Positions 44,776 through 54,164 of a DNA stretch of 64,000 bases are shown here, piece after piece. The stretch's first letter is position 1; each line of letters begins with the position of its first letter. The notes under the pieces are model-generated. The model had not been told where the DNA came from. It ran no database searches and worked only from the letters and a program-made list of their open reading frames with translations. Both the position numbers and the translations under genes were made by a program. Location: the NCBI GenBank assembly GCA_018609045.1, contig JABAYK010000009.1, forward strand, positions 57,006 through 121,005, read 5' to 3'. The DNA is from Flavobacteriales bacterium (GTDB taxonomy: Bacteria; Bacteroidota; Bacteroidia; Flavobacteriales_G; Salibacteraceae).

Positions 44776-45617
44776 GGAATCCACTTAATATCTTTAAAAT
44801 TAGGCTTGCGTTTTTCCAAAAACGCATTTCTTCCTTCTTTGGCTTCATCTGTCATGTATGCTAGTCTTGTGGCCTCGCCGGCAAATACTTGTTGACCAAC
44901 CATGCCATCATCAGTAAGGTTAAAGGCGAATTTTAGCATTTTTATTGAGGTTGGAGATTTGGCTAAAATTTCTTGAGCCCAGTCATAAGCAGTTTGTTCT
45001 AGTTCTTCGTGAGGCACAACTGCATTTACCATTCCCATGTCAAAAGCTTCTTGGGCCGAGTAGTTTCTGCCTAAAAAGAAAATTTCACGAGCTCTTTTTT
45101 GGCCCACCATTTTCGCCAAATATGCCGAGCCATAACCACCATCAAAACTGGTAACATCTGCATCGGTTTGCTTAAATATAGCGTGTTCTTTACTTGCTAG
45201 GGTTAAATCGCAAACTACATGTAAACTATGGCCACCACCAACTGCCCAACCTGGCACAACAGCAATAACCACTTTTGGCATAAACCTAATTAAACGCTGA
45301 ACTTCTAAAATATTTAAGCGAGGCATGCCATCATCATCAACATAACCTTGGTGACCTCTTGCATTTTGATCACCGCCACTGCAAAAAGAGTAAACACCAT
45401 CTTTGGTAGAAGGACCTTCGGCAGAAAAAAGAACAACGCCAATAGTTGTGTCTTCTCTAGCGTCTAAAAAAGCTTGGTACAGCTCACCAACTGTTTTGGG
45501 TCTAAAAGCATTTCTAACATTGGGTCTATTGAATGCAATTCTTGCAACACCATCTCCACTTTTTTGGTAAGTTATGTCTTCAAATTCTTTTACGGTTTTC
45601 CAATTGGGTTTTGCCAT
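44772..45617 (-). CDS. menB: 1,4-dihydroxy-2-naphthoyl-CoA synthase
   Basis: 281 aa. Crotonase fold with MenB-typical FEDITYQKSGDGVARIAFNRPNVRNAFRP, FCSGGDQ and DDGMPRLNILEVQRLIR. Confidence 0.9.
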   Translation of the reverse strand: MAKPNWKTVKEFEDITYQKSGDGVARIAFNRPNVRNAFRPKTVGELYQAFLDAREDTTIGVVLFSAEGPSTKDGVYSFCSGGDQNARGHQGYVDDDGMPRLNILEVQRLIRFMPKVVIAVVPGWAVGGGHSLHVVCDLTLASKEHAIFKQTDADVTSFDGGYGSAYLAKMVGQKRAREIFFLGRNYSAQEAFDMGMVNAVVPHEELEQTAYDWAQEILAKSPTSIKMLKFAFNLTDDGMVGQQVFAGEATRLAYMTDEAKEGRNAFLEKRKPNFKDIKWIP

Positions 45618-45686
45618 TATTTTAAAATTTATAGTAAAAGTAAATTTTTAAGAAATTGTTTTACGCATGAAAATAAATGCTAAAAA

Positions 45687-46901
45687 TTAAGATTCTTCAG
45701 GAATATCAGGATACAAAAAATTATTGTAGGGATAAATTCTTTCGTGAATCTCTCTAACTTTATTGTACACTAAATCTTTAAATTCTGGTATGTTTTTCTT
45801 CTTTAAAGCTGAAATAAAAATAACATCAGTATTTTGATGAGCCATCCAAGTTTTTTTAAGCCTTTCTAAAGATTCAACTTGTTTGTTATTGCCTGTGTAA
45901 TCAAATTCGTTTTCATCTAAATCTCTATATTGATCTACCTTATTAAATACCATGATTATTGGAATATTAGCAGCTTCCAATTCTTTAATGGTACTTGATA
46001 CAACTTTGATATGCTCTTCGAAATTTGGATGCGAAATATCAACCACGTGCAACAACAAATCTGATTCTCGAACTTCATCTAAAGTAGATTTGAAAGACTC
46101 TACCAATAGGTGAGGTAATTTTCTGATAAACCCCACTGTATCAGAAAGTAAAAATGGTAAATTCCCTAAAACAACTTTTCTAACAGTGGTATCTAATGTT
46201 GCAAACAACTTGTTTTCTGCAAAAACATCGGCCTTGCTAATTAAATTCATCAAGGTACTTTTACCAACATTTGTATATCCCACCAAGGCTACCCTAACCA
46301 TAGCATCTCTATGTTTTCGGCGGGTGGCCATTTGCTTGTCGATGTCTTTTAACTTTTCTTGTAGAAGTGATATTTTTTTTCGAATAATTCTTCTGTCAGT
46401 TTCAATTTCTTTTTCTCCTGCTCCTCCCCTTGTTCCTGTTCCTCCACGTTGTCTTTCTAAGTGAGTCCACATGTTTGTAAGGCGGGGCAAAAGATATTGA
46501 TATCTGGCTAAGTCAACTTGTGTTTTGGCTTGAGCTGTTCTTGCTCTTTGTTGAAAAATATCTAGAATTAATAAACTTCTATCGTAAATTTTTACTTTTA
46601 AAAAATTCTCGATATTTCTAAGTTGAGAGGGAGATAAATCATCATCAAAAACTACTAAATCAACTTCGTTTTCGTCAACGTAAGTTTTTATTTCTTGTAA
46701 TTTTCCGCTTCCTACAAATCCTCTCGAATCAGGTTTATCTAATCGCTGAGTAAACTTTTTTAAAGTAACAGCTCCTAAAGTAGAGGTAAGAAAAGCCAAT
46801 TCATCAAGATATTCTTCAACTTGCTCATCGTTTTGGGTAGGCAAAATGATTCCTACTAAAACTGCAGTTTCTAATTTATTTTCGGTAGTAATTTCACCCA
46901 T
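45687..46901 (-). CDS. hflX: GTPase HflX
   Basis: 404 aa. HflX N-terminal domain (DELAFLTSTLGA...LVVFDDDLSPSQLRNIE). G-domain motifs GYTNVGKST, DTVGF and NKVD. Confidence 0.9.
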   Translation of the reverse strand: MGEITTENKLETAVLVGIILPTQNDEQVEEYLDELAFLTSTLGAVTLKKFTQRLDKPDSRGFVGSGKLQEIKTYVDENEVDLVVFDDDLSPSQLRNIENFLKVKIYDRSLLILDIFQQRARTAQAKTQVDLARYQYLLPRLTNMWTHLERQRGGTGTRGGAGEKEIETDRRIIRKKISLLQEKLKDIDKQMATRRKHRDAMVRVALVGYTNVGKSTLMNLISKADVFAENKLFATLDTTVRKVVLGNLPFLLSDTVGFIRKLPHLLVESFKSTLDEVRESDLLLHVVDISHPNFEEHIKVVSSTIKELEAANIPIIMVFNKVDQYRDLDENEFDYTGNNKQVESLERLKKTWMAHQNTDVIFISALKKKNIPEFKDLVYNKVREIHERIYPYNNFLYPDIPEES

Positions 46902-46904
46902 ATA

Positions 46905-47339
46905 TTAAAATACCCTATCCCAAGGTACTCGAGAAAAGATAAAAATGATTCCTGCAATAAAAAAATTGCGGTGTTTGGCAAATTTGGCTTTATCTGTAGT
47001 AGCCTTTTTTCCTAAAGATCTTCCAACTGTTATTAGAATTATTCCAACAATCATAATAGAAATATGCTCAACAGTCCAAAATCTCAAATTATCATCTTTC
47101 ATTGCAGCTCCAACATCGCTTAAACCTGACTTAACCACCGGGCTAATAAAATACAACACCAAGCCCAACAAGAGTTGAATATGAACTCCAATTAATGAAA
47201 ACAATGAAAGTTTGTTATCTAACTTGCTAAATGGCTTATTGCCAGCAGCTCCTAAAATAAATTTTACAACCGCTACAATTAGCAATACACTAACCAAATA
47301 AAAAATGCCTTTGTGTGCATGTAATAAACCTGTGTACAT
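46905..47339 (-). CDS. conserved 4-TM membrane protein of unknown function
   Basis: 144 aa with four hydrophobic segments. The stop lies 3 nt upstream of the hflX start on the same strand. Confidence 0.55.
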   Translation of the reverse strand: MYTGLLHAHKGIFYLVSVLLIVAVVKFILGAAGNKPFSKLDNKLSLFSLIGVHIQLLLGLVLYFISPVVKSGLSDVGAAMKDDNLRFWTVEHISIMIVGIILITVGRSLGKKATTDKAKFAKHRNFFIAGIIFIFSRVPWDRVF

Positions 47340-47427
47340 AAATTAATTTTTGGCAAAAGTAATTGAATGTAAGGTTAAATGAGTGAACGGAAAATGATAA
47401 ACCAAAGAGATTCATTACTTTTAACCT

Positions 47428-47781
47428 GTGAAAAAGTTAATTCCACTTGTTTTTGTTGTTTTATTTGGATGTCAACCTTCTTTTATTAGAAAGTGGGATT
47501 TACAATACGAAGTAATTAAACAAAGTGAAGGCCCAATATCTTACAATGTTTCTTATGTAACCGAAAATGGAGCAACCAAAAGCGAAGGCCCATTTACCGA
47601 TACCAATTGGAAAAGTGAAAAATTTGAAAATGTTGCATTAGATTTTGAGGTTTCATATAAGGTTAAAATAATTAGTGGCTCTGGTTTACTTGAGTTAAGA
47701 GTTTTAAGAGATGGAGCTACACACAAATCAGACATTTTAGAATCTCCAATTATGGAGCAAACAATAGACGCTAAGCTTTAA
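47428..47781 (+). CDS. small lipoprotein of unknown function
   Basis: 117 aa with a GTG start and a lipobox (VFVVLFGC). Confidence 0.5.
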   Translation: MKKLIPLVFVVLFGCQPSFIRKWDLQYEVIKQSEGPISYNVSYVTENGATKSEGPFTDTNWKSEKFENVALDFEVSYKVKIISGSGLLELRVLRDGATHKSDILESPIMEQTIDAKL

Positions 47782-47805
47782 ATTTCAAGTTAACTTTGCC
47801 AACCT

Positions 47806-48366
47806 ATGGCAAAAGAACTCCCAATAAAAAAACACGATTACGCTGAGAGCTATTTCCCTCCTAACATAAAGATTTTTGGCATTGCCATTGGCATTTTTGG
47901 CTTGGTTATGATTTACTTTGAACAACTTGTTGGCATAATACCCATGATATTTTGTTTGGGAATAATTGTTACCCAACATGGCCATTTTTTCGATTTTGAA
48001 AACAAAAAATATCGCCATTATATAAAAATTTTAAGCTGGGATTTTGGCAAATGGGTTGATTTAAAAAATCCTAAAGGAATTGTTATTTCAAAAGAAATAA
48101 TAAAAGAAAAATCCAACACTTCTTGGTCTGGCACTGCCATAAAAACTAGAGTAAAAATGTGGCAGGTTTCTTTTTTTAATGGTGATGAAGAATACTTTGT
48201 AACCGAAAGCGAAAACATTAAAGAAGCATGTACTTCGGTACTAATTTTTATGGCAATGTTTCAAGTAAAGCCCTATTCTAAGGTAATTAGAAAAGATAGG
48301 GTTTTAGATTATGCTGCTTTAAGAAAAGGAATTGTAAAATTTGGCGATGTGGTTTTTACCAAGTAA
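47806..48366 (+). CDS. hypothetical membrane protein
   Basis: 186 aa with two N-terminal TM segments. No recognisable motifs. Confidence 0.5.
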   Translation: MAKELPIKKHDYAESYFPPNIKIFGIAIGIFGLVMIYFEQLVGIIPMIFCLGIIVTQHGHFFDFENKKYRHYIKILSWDFGKWVDLKNPKGIVISKEIIKEKSNTSWSGTAIKTRVKMWQVSFFNGDEEYFVTESENIKEACTSVLIFMAMFQVKPYSKVIRKDRVLDYAALRKGIVKFGDVVFTK

Positions 48367-48460
48367 CTGACAAAATTTCACCAATTAATTTTGGTACAGG
48401 AATTGTTATTTTGGTGTCAATTCCAAGTAAGGGCTAAGCCCTGATATACATAAAGAAATT

Positions 48461-48487
48461 AGAGCCCAATTTGGGCTCTTTTTTTTG
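48461..48487 (+). terminator. intrinsic terminator
   Basis: Stem agagccc/gggctct (48461-48467 / 48473-48479), followed by a run of about 8 T. Confidence 0.6.
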
Positions 48488-48519
48488 AACTTAGTACATA
48501 TTAAATCGTTATAATTAAC

Positions 48520-48741
48520 ATGAAAAAAGTTGATTGGCACTTTTCGGTTTTTCTTACCACCACATTTGTTTTGGTTTACCATATGTCGCCATTTATTGGT
48601 TTTACCGATGACCTTATTATTGCCATGTTTATTACCTCACCATTGGTTGGTTTTTGGATGGGATATAAAATTTTAAAATCAAGTAATGTTCCTACCAAAA
48701 AGTTTTCGGATGGATATTTTTACGATGATTTAGAAGAATAA
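48520..48741 (+). CDS. small 2-TM membrane protein, unknown function
   Basis: 73-aa ORF with two hydrophobic segments. Located between a terminator and the SDR gene. Confidence 0.4.
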   Translation: MKKVDWHFSVFLTTTFVLVYHMSPFIGFTDDLIIAMFITSPLVGFWMGYKILKSSNVPTKKFSDGYFYDDLEE

Positions 48742-48791
48742 TAACTACTGCGAACTTCTTTTTTGTACTTTCATTTTTTAAAATATTCAAT

Positions 48792-49673
48792 ATGATTTCA
48801 GTAGAAGGCTCTCCATTCAAAAACGATTTATTAAAAGATAAAACCATTTGGGTAACAGGTGGGGGCACCGGTTTAGGAAAGTCAATGGCTACTCTTTTTT
48901 CTGGCTTAGGAGCCAAAGTGGCCATTAGTAGTCGTAAAGAAGATGTTCTAAAAAAAGCGGCAGATGAAATTTCTGTGCAAACTGGCAACGCTGTTTTTAT
49001 TGCCCCAATGGACGTAAGAGAGCCTAAATTGGTTGAAGATGCTTATGAAAAAATAAAAAGTGATTTTGGTCAACCCAATTCGCTTCTTAATAATGCTGCA
49101 GGAAATTTTATTAGCCCTACAGAAAGACTTTCTTCGCGCGCTTTTAAGGTAATAATAGATATTGTTTTATACGGCTCGGTAAATACAACACTAGTTTGCG
49201 GTAAAGATTGGCTTAAACAAGGTATTAAAGGAAACCTTCTGAATATTGTTACTACTTATGCCTGGACAGGCTCAGGTTATGTTGTGCCATCTGCCACAGC
49301 CAAAGCTGGAGTATTAGCGATGACAAGGTCTTTAGCTGTAGAGTGGGGCAAAAAAGGAATTAGAAGCAATGCCATAGCTCCTGGGCCATTTCCAACAAAA
49401 GGTGCTTGGAGTAGATTAATGCCAGGTGAAATGGCAGAAAATTTTGATTTTGGAAAAAGAGTTCCCTTAAACAGAGTTGGTGAGCACCAAGAATTAGCCA
49501 ATTTGGCAACTTTTTTAATGAGCGATCATAGTGCCTATATAAATGGTGAAGTTGTAACTATTGATGGAGGCGAATGGCTAAAAGGTGCAGGTCAATTTAA
49601 CATGCTCGAAGCTATTCCAGAAAGTATGTGGGATATGATTGAATCTCAAGTTAGAAAGACAAAGGGATCTTAA
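48792..49673 (+). CDS. SDR family oxidoreductase (2,4-dienoyl-CoA reductase-like)
   Basis: 293 aa. Rossmann motif VTGGGTGLG, NNAAGNF, active-site region SATAKAG. IRSNAIAPGPFPT is typical of DECR-like SDRs. Confidence 0.85.
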   Translation: MISVEGSPFKNDLLKDKTIWVTGGGTGLGKSMATLFSGLGAKVAISSRKEDVLKKAADEISVQTGNAVFIAPMDVREPKLVEDAYEKIKSDFGQPNSLLNNAAGNFISPTERLSSRAFKVIIDIVLYGSVNTTLVCGKDWLKQGIKGNLLNIVTTYAWTGSGYVVPSATAKAGVLAMTRSLAVEWGKKGIRSNAIAPGPFPTKGAWSRLMPGEMAENFDFGKRVPLNRVGEHQELANLATFLMSDHSAYINGEVVTIDGGEWLKGAGQFNMLEAIPESMWDMIESQVRKTKGS

Positions 49674-49722
49674 TAGGTCTTAATATTTATTGTTTCTAGA
49701 AAACTAACTTTAACAATTTCGC

Positions 49723-52560
49723 TTAAAGGTCATTCAACTCTACCAACAAACTGATATAGGCCATTCGGCCAACTCTTGGCCCACCATAAACTTGGTAAAC
49801 TTTATTATTGAGTAAGTTGCTTGCCCCAATTTTTAGGGTAGATTTTAGCTTAGTAAAGTAAACATTGGCTTGGGCATCTAGCAGTCCATAGCTGGGAATA
49901 AATCCTGTAAACTGTGGAGAACCTTCAAACACAAAACCTTCAACCCATTTGTAATTCACATTGAAGCCAACATTTTTTAAATAGAATGCAGACCAGTTTT
50001 CGTTTATTCTTTCTAGTATTTCAATTCGTTGGGTAATTTTTGTACCTGAAAAGCCAAGATTGAATTTGTGTTCAGGGGTATTAAATGCAGGAATAATTGG
50101 ATCGTTTGTATCTGCCCTACTTAATACATTCCAAGAGTAATTTCCGTAAAGCGAATAAAACTTTTTGAAAAAATAGCTTACGCCTATGGCAAAACCTTGG
50201 GTGTTTACAATGTTAGTAGAGTTGGCCGCAACCCTGTAAACTTGGTTGCTAGTTAAAAGATTTGTAGTAGAGTCAAAAGTGGCATCAGCACCTAAATTAA
50301 AGCCCAAAAAGTTTTTATACCAGCTGTAATAATAGCTTGCATCAATAAAAATATCTTTAAAAATAGTACCCTTATAACCTAACTCAAGGGTTCTTACTTG
50401 CTCAGGTTTTACAGGGGCTACACTAAAAAATTCGAGTGTATCAATATTAACTGTACTATAATAATCTTGCAGAGATTCTATGGTAATTAAATTATCAAAA
50501 CCATCAATATTGCCGACTAAGAGAGCTCTTCCCACATTATAATACAGATATTGGTCTTGTAAGGTTGGGTTTCTAATGGCAGACGAAAAAGAAAAGCGGG
50601 CAACATTATTTTCATCAATGTTATAAACTGCTGATGCAGCGGGAGAAAAAACATAATCAAAATTTCTGTTTTTGTCCATCCGCGTAGTAGCTGTTAGAAT
50701 TAAATTATCGTTTAAAATTCTTTTTTTCAAACTTAGATATGAACCAAATTCTTCGTTGGTAATTACCCTATTATTAGTATCAGAGAATATGGTTCCTTGC
50801 GAATTTGGGGTATAAATTCTATAGCTGCCACCAATTAAAATATCCATAAAGGTCGGAGTAAACTTATACTCGCCTTGTATATGCGTTAAAGATGATTTAT
50901 CATAAAACCTTGAACCTCCTTCAGCAAAAGTGTTGCGGGAGGTAATGTGATTAAAAACTGAATCGAATTTTGCAGTGCCAGGTACAAAATATGGCAGTGT
51001 GCCAGGTTTATTGGCCAATGAATCTGCAAATTGCCTAGCCTCTAAATGCCATTTTACCAAAGAGTCAGAAAATTGAGCATAAACATTTTCTGCAGCTTGA
51101 TAGGTGGAATCTCTTACATCAGGATTAAACCAAATTTGTGGATTAAATCTAGGATCAGGAAAACCTTCTAAACCCCAAACTTTGGGTCTAGCTTGTTGCA
51201 ACCAATAAGTATTGTAACTATTTGACCAACTTGTATTTGATTGAGCAGAATCTTGCATTAGTAATGCTGTAAATACAGCATCATACGAGTTCCCTGCATC
51301 TTCAGAAGTTCTATAAGCCCTAATAAAAAACTTATCTTTTTGTCTAACCTCTACTCTATGTTGTTGGAACCTAATACCTTTTAAACTATACCGGTTATCG
51401 CCTTGATAAACAGTAGTTCCTGTTCCATAATTGAAGGCATAAATGGCTTCAATATCTTTGGTGATTTTAAAATGTGCAGCAGAGCTTAATTTCAAGTTTT
51501 CAGTATCATAATCAACTAAATCTGTTTCTCTGTAACCAGATCTGTGATAAATCCCTAATCCTGGAAAGTTTCTTTTTCCATAATCGCTTGTAAAATTATT
51601 TGCTCCTGAGGAGAGGTTTTCATCCCCATAAATATTTACCGCATCAAAACCTCCTGGGTTATTTTCATCAGCAAGCGATTGCTCGGTTGCATCGTAGTTG
51701 TCAGCTTCCCAATCATCAGCCGTTAAATAAGCTACGTTTAATTTAAATCCAAAGCCTCTTCCTTTTTCATTTTCCCAACCTTTGGCATATCTCCCCATAA
51801 CTTCTCTTAGGTTTCTTTCACCTAATCGAGTTTGTACTGAAAGCCCTTGAAAATCGAATGGACTTTTGGTTTCCATATCTATAACACCATTAAAAGCGTT
51901 TGGTCCGTAAATTCCACTGCTTGCGCCAACTATTAGTTCTACCCTTTTTATATCAAGTTCTGATGCACCCAAAAAGTTACCTAACGAGAAATTTAAACCA
52001 GGAGCTTGGTTGTCTACCCCATCAATTAATTGTAATGACCTAACAGGGCTTGTGCTGTTAAAGCCGCGTGTATTGATAATTTTAAAACCTAAACTTGCAG
52101 AAGTTAAATCTACTCCTTTTAAGTTCCCTAAACCTTCATAAAAGTTGGCAGATGGTGTTTCCTTTATCATCAAAACATCCATAGATTCAACTGTTAATGC
52201 CGATTCTTTTTGTTTTTCGGTTAACCTACTTTCTACAATATCAAAAGTTTCTAGTTGAACTGCGCTTGGTTCTACAATAATATTGATTTTATCTCCGAAA
52301 TCATTTACCTGCAATTTTACTTCGTCATATCCTAAAAATTTAACAACAATAGTAAATGGAAGAGGTTGTTTGGTTTGAAAACTAAATTTCCCATCAAAAT
52401 CGGTTACACCTCCGTTAGTTGTGCCTTCGATAACAACACTTGCGCCAATAACAGTTTCACCAGTTGACTTATCAATTATTTTACCCGAAACAGTTCCTTG
52501 CCCAAAAGCTTGAACAAAAGAAAATATAGAAATTGCAAAAAGGAAGAATAGTTTTTTCAT
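49723..52560 (-). CDS. TonB-dependent receptor with carboxypeptidase-regulatory-like domain
   Basis: 945 aa with a signal peptide. GTVSGKIIDKSTGETVIGASVVIEGT... domain. Plug motifs (FKIINTRGFNSTSPVRSLQLIDGVDNQAP). Long barrel region. Confidence 0.85.
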   Translation of the reverse strand: MKKLFFLFAISIFSFVQAFGQGTVSGKIIDKSTGETVIGASVVIEGTTNGGVTDFDGKFSFQTKQPLPFTIVVKFLGYDEVKLQVNDFGDKINIIVEPSAVQLETFDIVESRLTEKQKESALTVESMDVLMIKETPSANFYEGLGNLKGVDLTSASLGFKIINTRGFNSTSPVRSLQLIDGVDNQAPGLNFSLGNFLGASELDIKRVELIVGASSGIYGPNAFNGVIDMETKSPFDFQGLSVQTRLGERNLREVMGRYAKGWENEKGRGFGFKLNVAYLTADDWEADNYDATEQSLADENNPGGFDAVNIYGDENLSSGANNFTSDYGKRNFPGLGIYHRSGYRETDLVDYDTENLKLSSAAHFKITKDIEAIYAFNYGTGTTVYQGDNRYSLKGIRFQQHRVEVRQKDKFFIRAYRTSEDAGNSYDAVFTALLMQDSAQSNTSWSNSYNTYWLQQARPKVWGLEGFPDPRFNPQIWFNPDVRDSTYQAAENVYAQFSDSLVKWHLEARQFADSLANKPGTLPYFVPGTAKFDSVFNHITSRNTFAEGGSRFYDKSSLTHIQGEYKFTPTFMDILIGGSYRIYTPNSQGTIFSDTNNRVITNEEFGSYLSLKKRILNDNLILTATTRMDKNRNFDYVFSPAASAVYNIDENNVARFSFSSAIRNPTLQDQYLYYNVGRALLVGNIDGFDNLITIESLQDYYSTVNIDTLEFFSVAPVKPEQVRTLELGYKGTIFKDIFIDASYYYSWYKNFLGFNLGADATFDSTTNLLTSNQVYRVAANSTNIVNTQGFAIGVSYFFKKFYSLYGNYSWNVLSRADTNDPIIPAFNTPEHKFNLGFSGTKITQRIEILERINENWSAFYLKNVGFNVNYKWVEGFVFEGSPQFTGFIPSYGLLDAQANVYFTKLKSTLKIGASNLLNNKVYQVYGGPRVGRMAYISLLVELNDL

Positions 52561-52565
52561 GCTTA

Positions 52566-52599
52566 GAAAAAAAAACGGCGGACTAAAATAGTCCGCCGT
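52566..52599 (-). terminator. intrinsic terminator after the esterase gene
   Basis: 10-bp perfect stem acggcggact/agtccgccgt (52575-52584 / 52590-52599). On the minus transcript it is followed by 9 U. Confidence 0.65.
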
Positions 52600-52619
52600 G
52601 AAAAAAGGTTAAAGAAATA

Positions 52620-54107
52620 TTATTTTAAAATAAGCTTCTGAATTACGGTTGTTTCACCAACTTCTGCATTGATTAAATAAAAACCACTTGGTAAATTATT
52701 TCTATCAATTACAACTCTATTTTGGTTGTTGGCTTGAACTGTTAAAACGCTTTTACCTGTAATATCAAATAATTGTACAGTTTTTAAACCTGCTTTTGAT
52801 TTTAAAACCACAAACTCATTGGCTGGGTTTGGTGCTATAGTTAGGTCAAATGATTCAGCTTCAGGAGCATCTACACTAGACGGGTTTGTATTACCTGGTA
52901 AACCTAAAACATTTACTGCTCTTGGGCAGAAATAACCCATTATTGTATCGATATACAATAAAGCCTTTGGTTTAGAAGCTACAGGATTTGCAGCAGAACC
53001 AAAACCAGTACCATTTGGTGGCTGAACAGTATTTGGATCACTTGAACTATACCAACCCCAAGGCTCAAAACCGTTTGCAGCACCAGGAAAAGGATATAAA
53101 CCATAAGCAGCTGATCTGCTTCTAGCTTCAACTGAAATAGCATCAGTTAAACTCATTTCATTCCAATCTTGGTTGCCTAATCTTGTTGCTCTTAAAGATA
53201 GGTCTAAACTTCCACTAACCTCAACAATTGGGTCTCCGGTTGAAGCAACAATTACAATAGCAGTATTGTAGGGAGTTAATGCATCCGCTACACCATGAAA
53301 AGAAATCATTGGCACTTCACCTGCTTCAATCCATGAGCTATCGCCCATTGCGCCACCCATGTTTAAAATCATTTGTGGGTCTGAGTCATAACCTGGGTGA
53401 TTATAGTAAGCAAAACCTGCTGTACCATTATCTCCATCAAAATCTCCCCAAATTGCGGTATTTACATAAGGCGCGCCATTGCCATCTAAAAATTTAAATA
53501 AATTCAATTCAGATGATTTATCCAAAGCACCTGTAGCTAAAGCAGCATAACCACCAGAATTAGAACCACCTAAAACCACTTTGTCTGGATCAATTTTGAA
53601 CATATTGGCAGTTGCTGCATCCTTTCTGAAATACCTTACAGCAGCTTTTCCATCTTGCATAGATTTATAAACTGCATTAATAATTGTGCTTGCTTTTTCC
53701 TCTTGATTTCCTAGTGGATTCCATCCTAATCTGTAGTTAATAGCAGCTGCAACATAACCTCTTTGGGCAAACTGCTTGCAAATTTCCACCAAACTTGAGT
53801 CGTTTTTGTTACCAAATGGCAAAGTATTTAAACCCTTTGGCAAGAAACTTCCTGCATGCATCATAATAATTAACGGACGCTCACCCATGGTATCATTCAA
53901 AGGTTCATAAACATCCATTTTTAAAGAATCAACTGGTAAAGGAGGGGTTCCACCCCAGCCTAATACTGTGTGATTCCAACCATAAGTTACATTTGAAGTA
54001 ACTTTAACATCTGTAAAAACTTTGTCTTTAAATCGATCTTGAGCAGAAAGAGTTGTGCTTGCGATTAATCCAAAAACAATAAGATAACTTGTAATTAATT
54101 TATTCAT
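52620..54107 (-). CDS. secreted alpha/beta hydrolase (esterase/lipase-like) with T9SS C-terminal sorting domain
   Basis: 495 aa with a signal peptide. HAGSF and GGSNSGG (GxSxG) motifs. C-terminal tail LTIAPNPANEFVVLK...GFYLINAEVGETTVIQKLILK. Confidence 0.75.
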   Translation of the reverse strand: MNKLITSYLIVFGLIASTTLSAQDRFKDKVFTDVKVTSNVTYGWNHTVLGWGGTPPLPVDSLKMDVYEPLNDTMGERPLIIMMHAGSFLPKGLNTLPFGNKNDSSLVEICKQFAQRGYVAAAINYRLGWNPLGNQEEKASTIINAVYKSMQDGKAAVRYFRKDAATANMFKIDPDKVVLGGSNSGGYAALATGALDKSSELNLFKFLDGNGAPYVNTAIWGDFDGDNGTAGFAYYNHPGYDSDPQMILNMGGAMGDSSWIEAGEVPMISFHGVADALTPYNTAIVIVASTGDPIVEVSGSLDLSLRATRLGNQDWNEMSLTDAISVEARSRSAAYGLYPFPGAANGFEPWGWYSSSDPNTVQPPNGTGFGSAANPVASKPKALLYIDTIMGYFCPRAVNVLGLPGNTNPSSVDAPEAESFDLTIAPNPANEFVVLKSKAGLKTVQLFDITGKSVLTVQANNQNRVVIDRNNLPSGFYLINAEVGETTVIQKLILK

Positions 54108-54164
54108 AAAATTTAATTTTTGTGTTGTACTCGAAAATATGTAAAATAACTATTCAAATGTAGC

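Noticed and set aside
48692-48988. 98-aa minus-strand ORF.
   Set aside because: It lies antisense to the well-supported SDR gene start, including the Rossmann motif region, and to the small membrane ORF. It has no independent support.
52561-52619. Riboswitch (e.g. cobalamin or TPP) upstream of the TonB-dependent receptor 49723..52560.
   Set aside because: The gap is only about 60 nt and is fully explained by a terminator hairpin for the upstream esterase gene. No conserved riboswitch motifs are recognisable.
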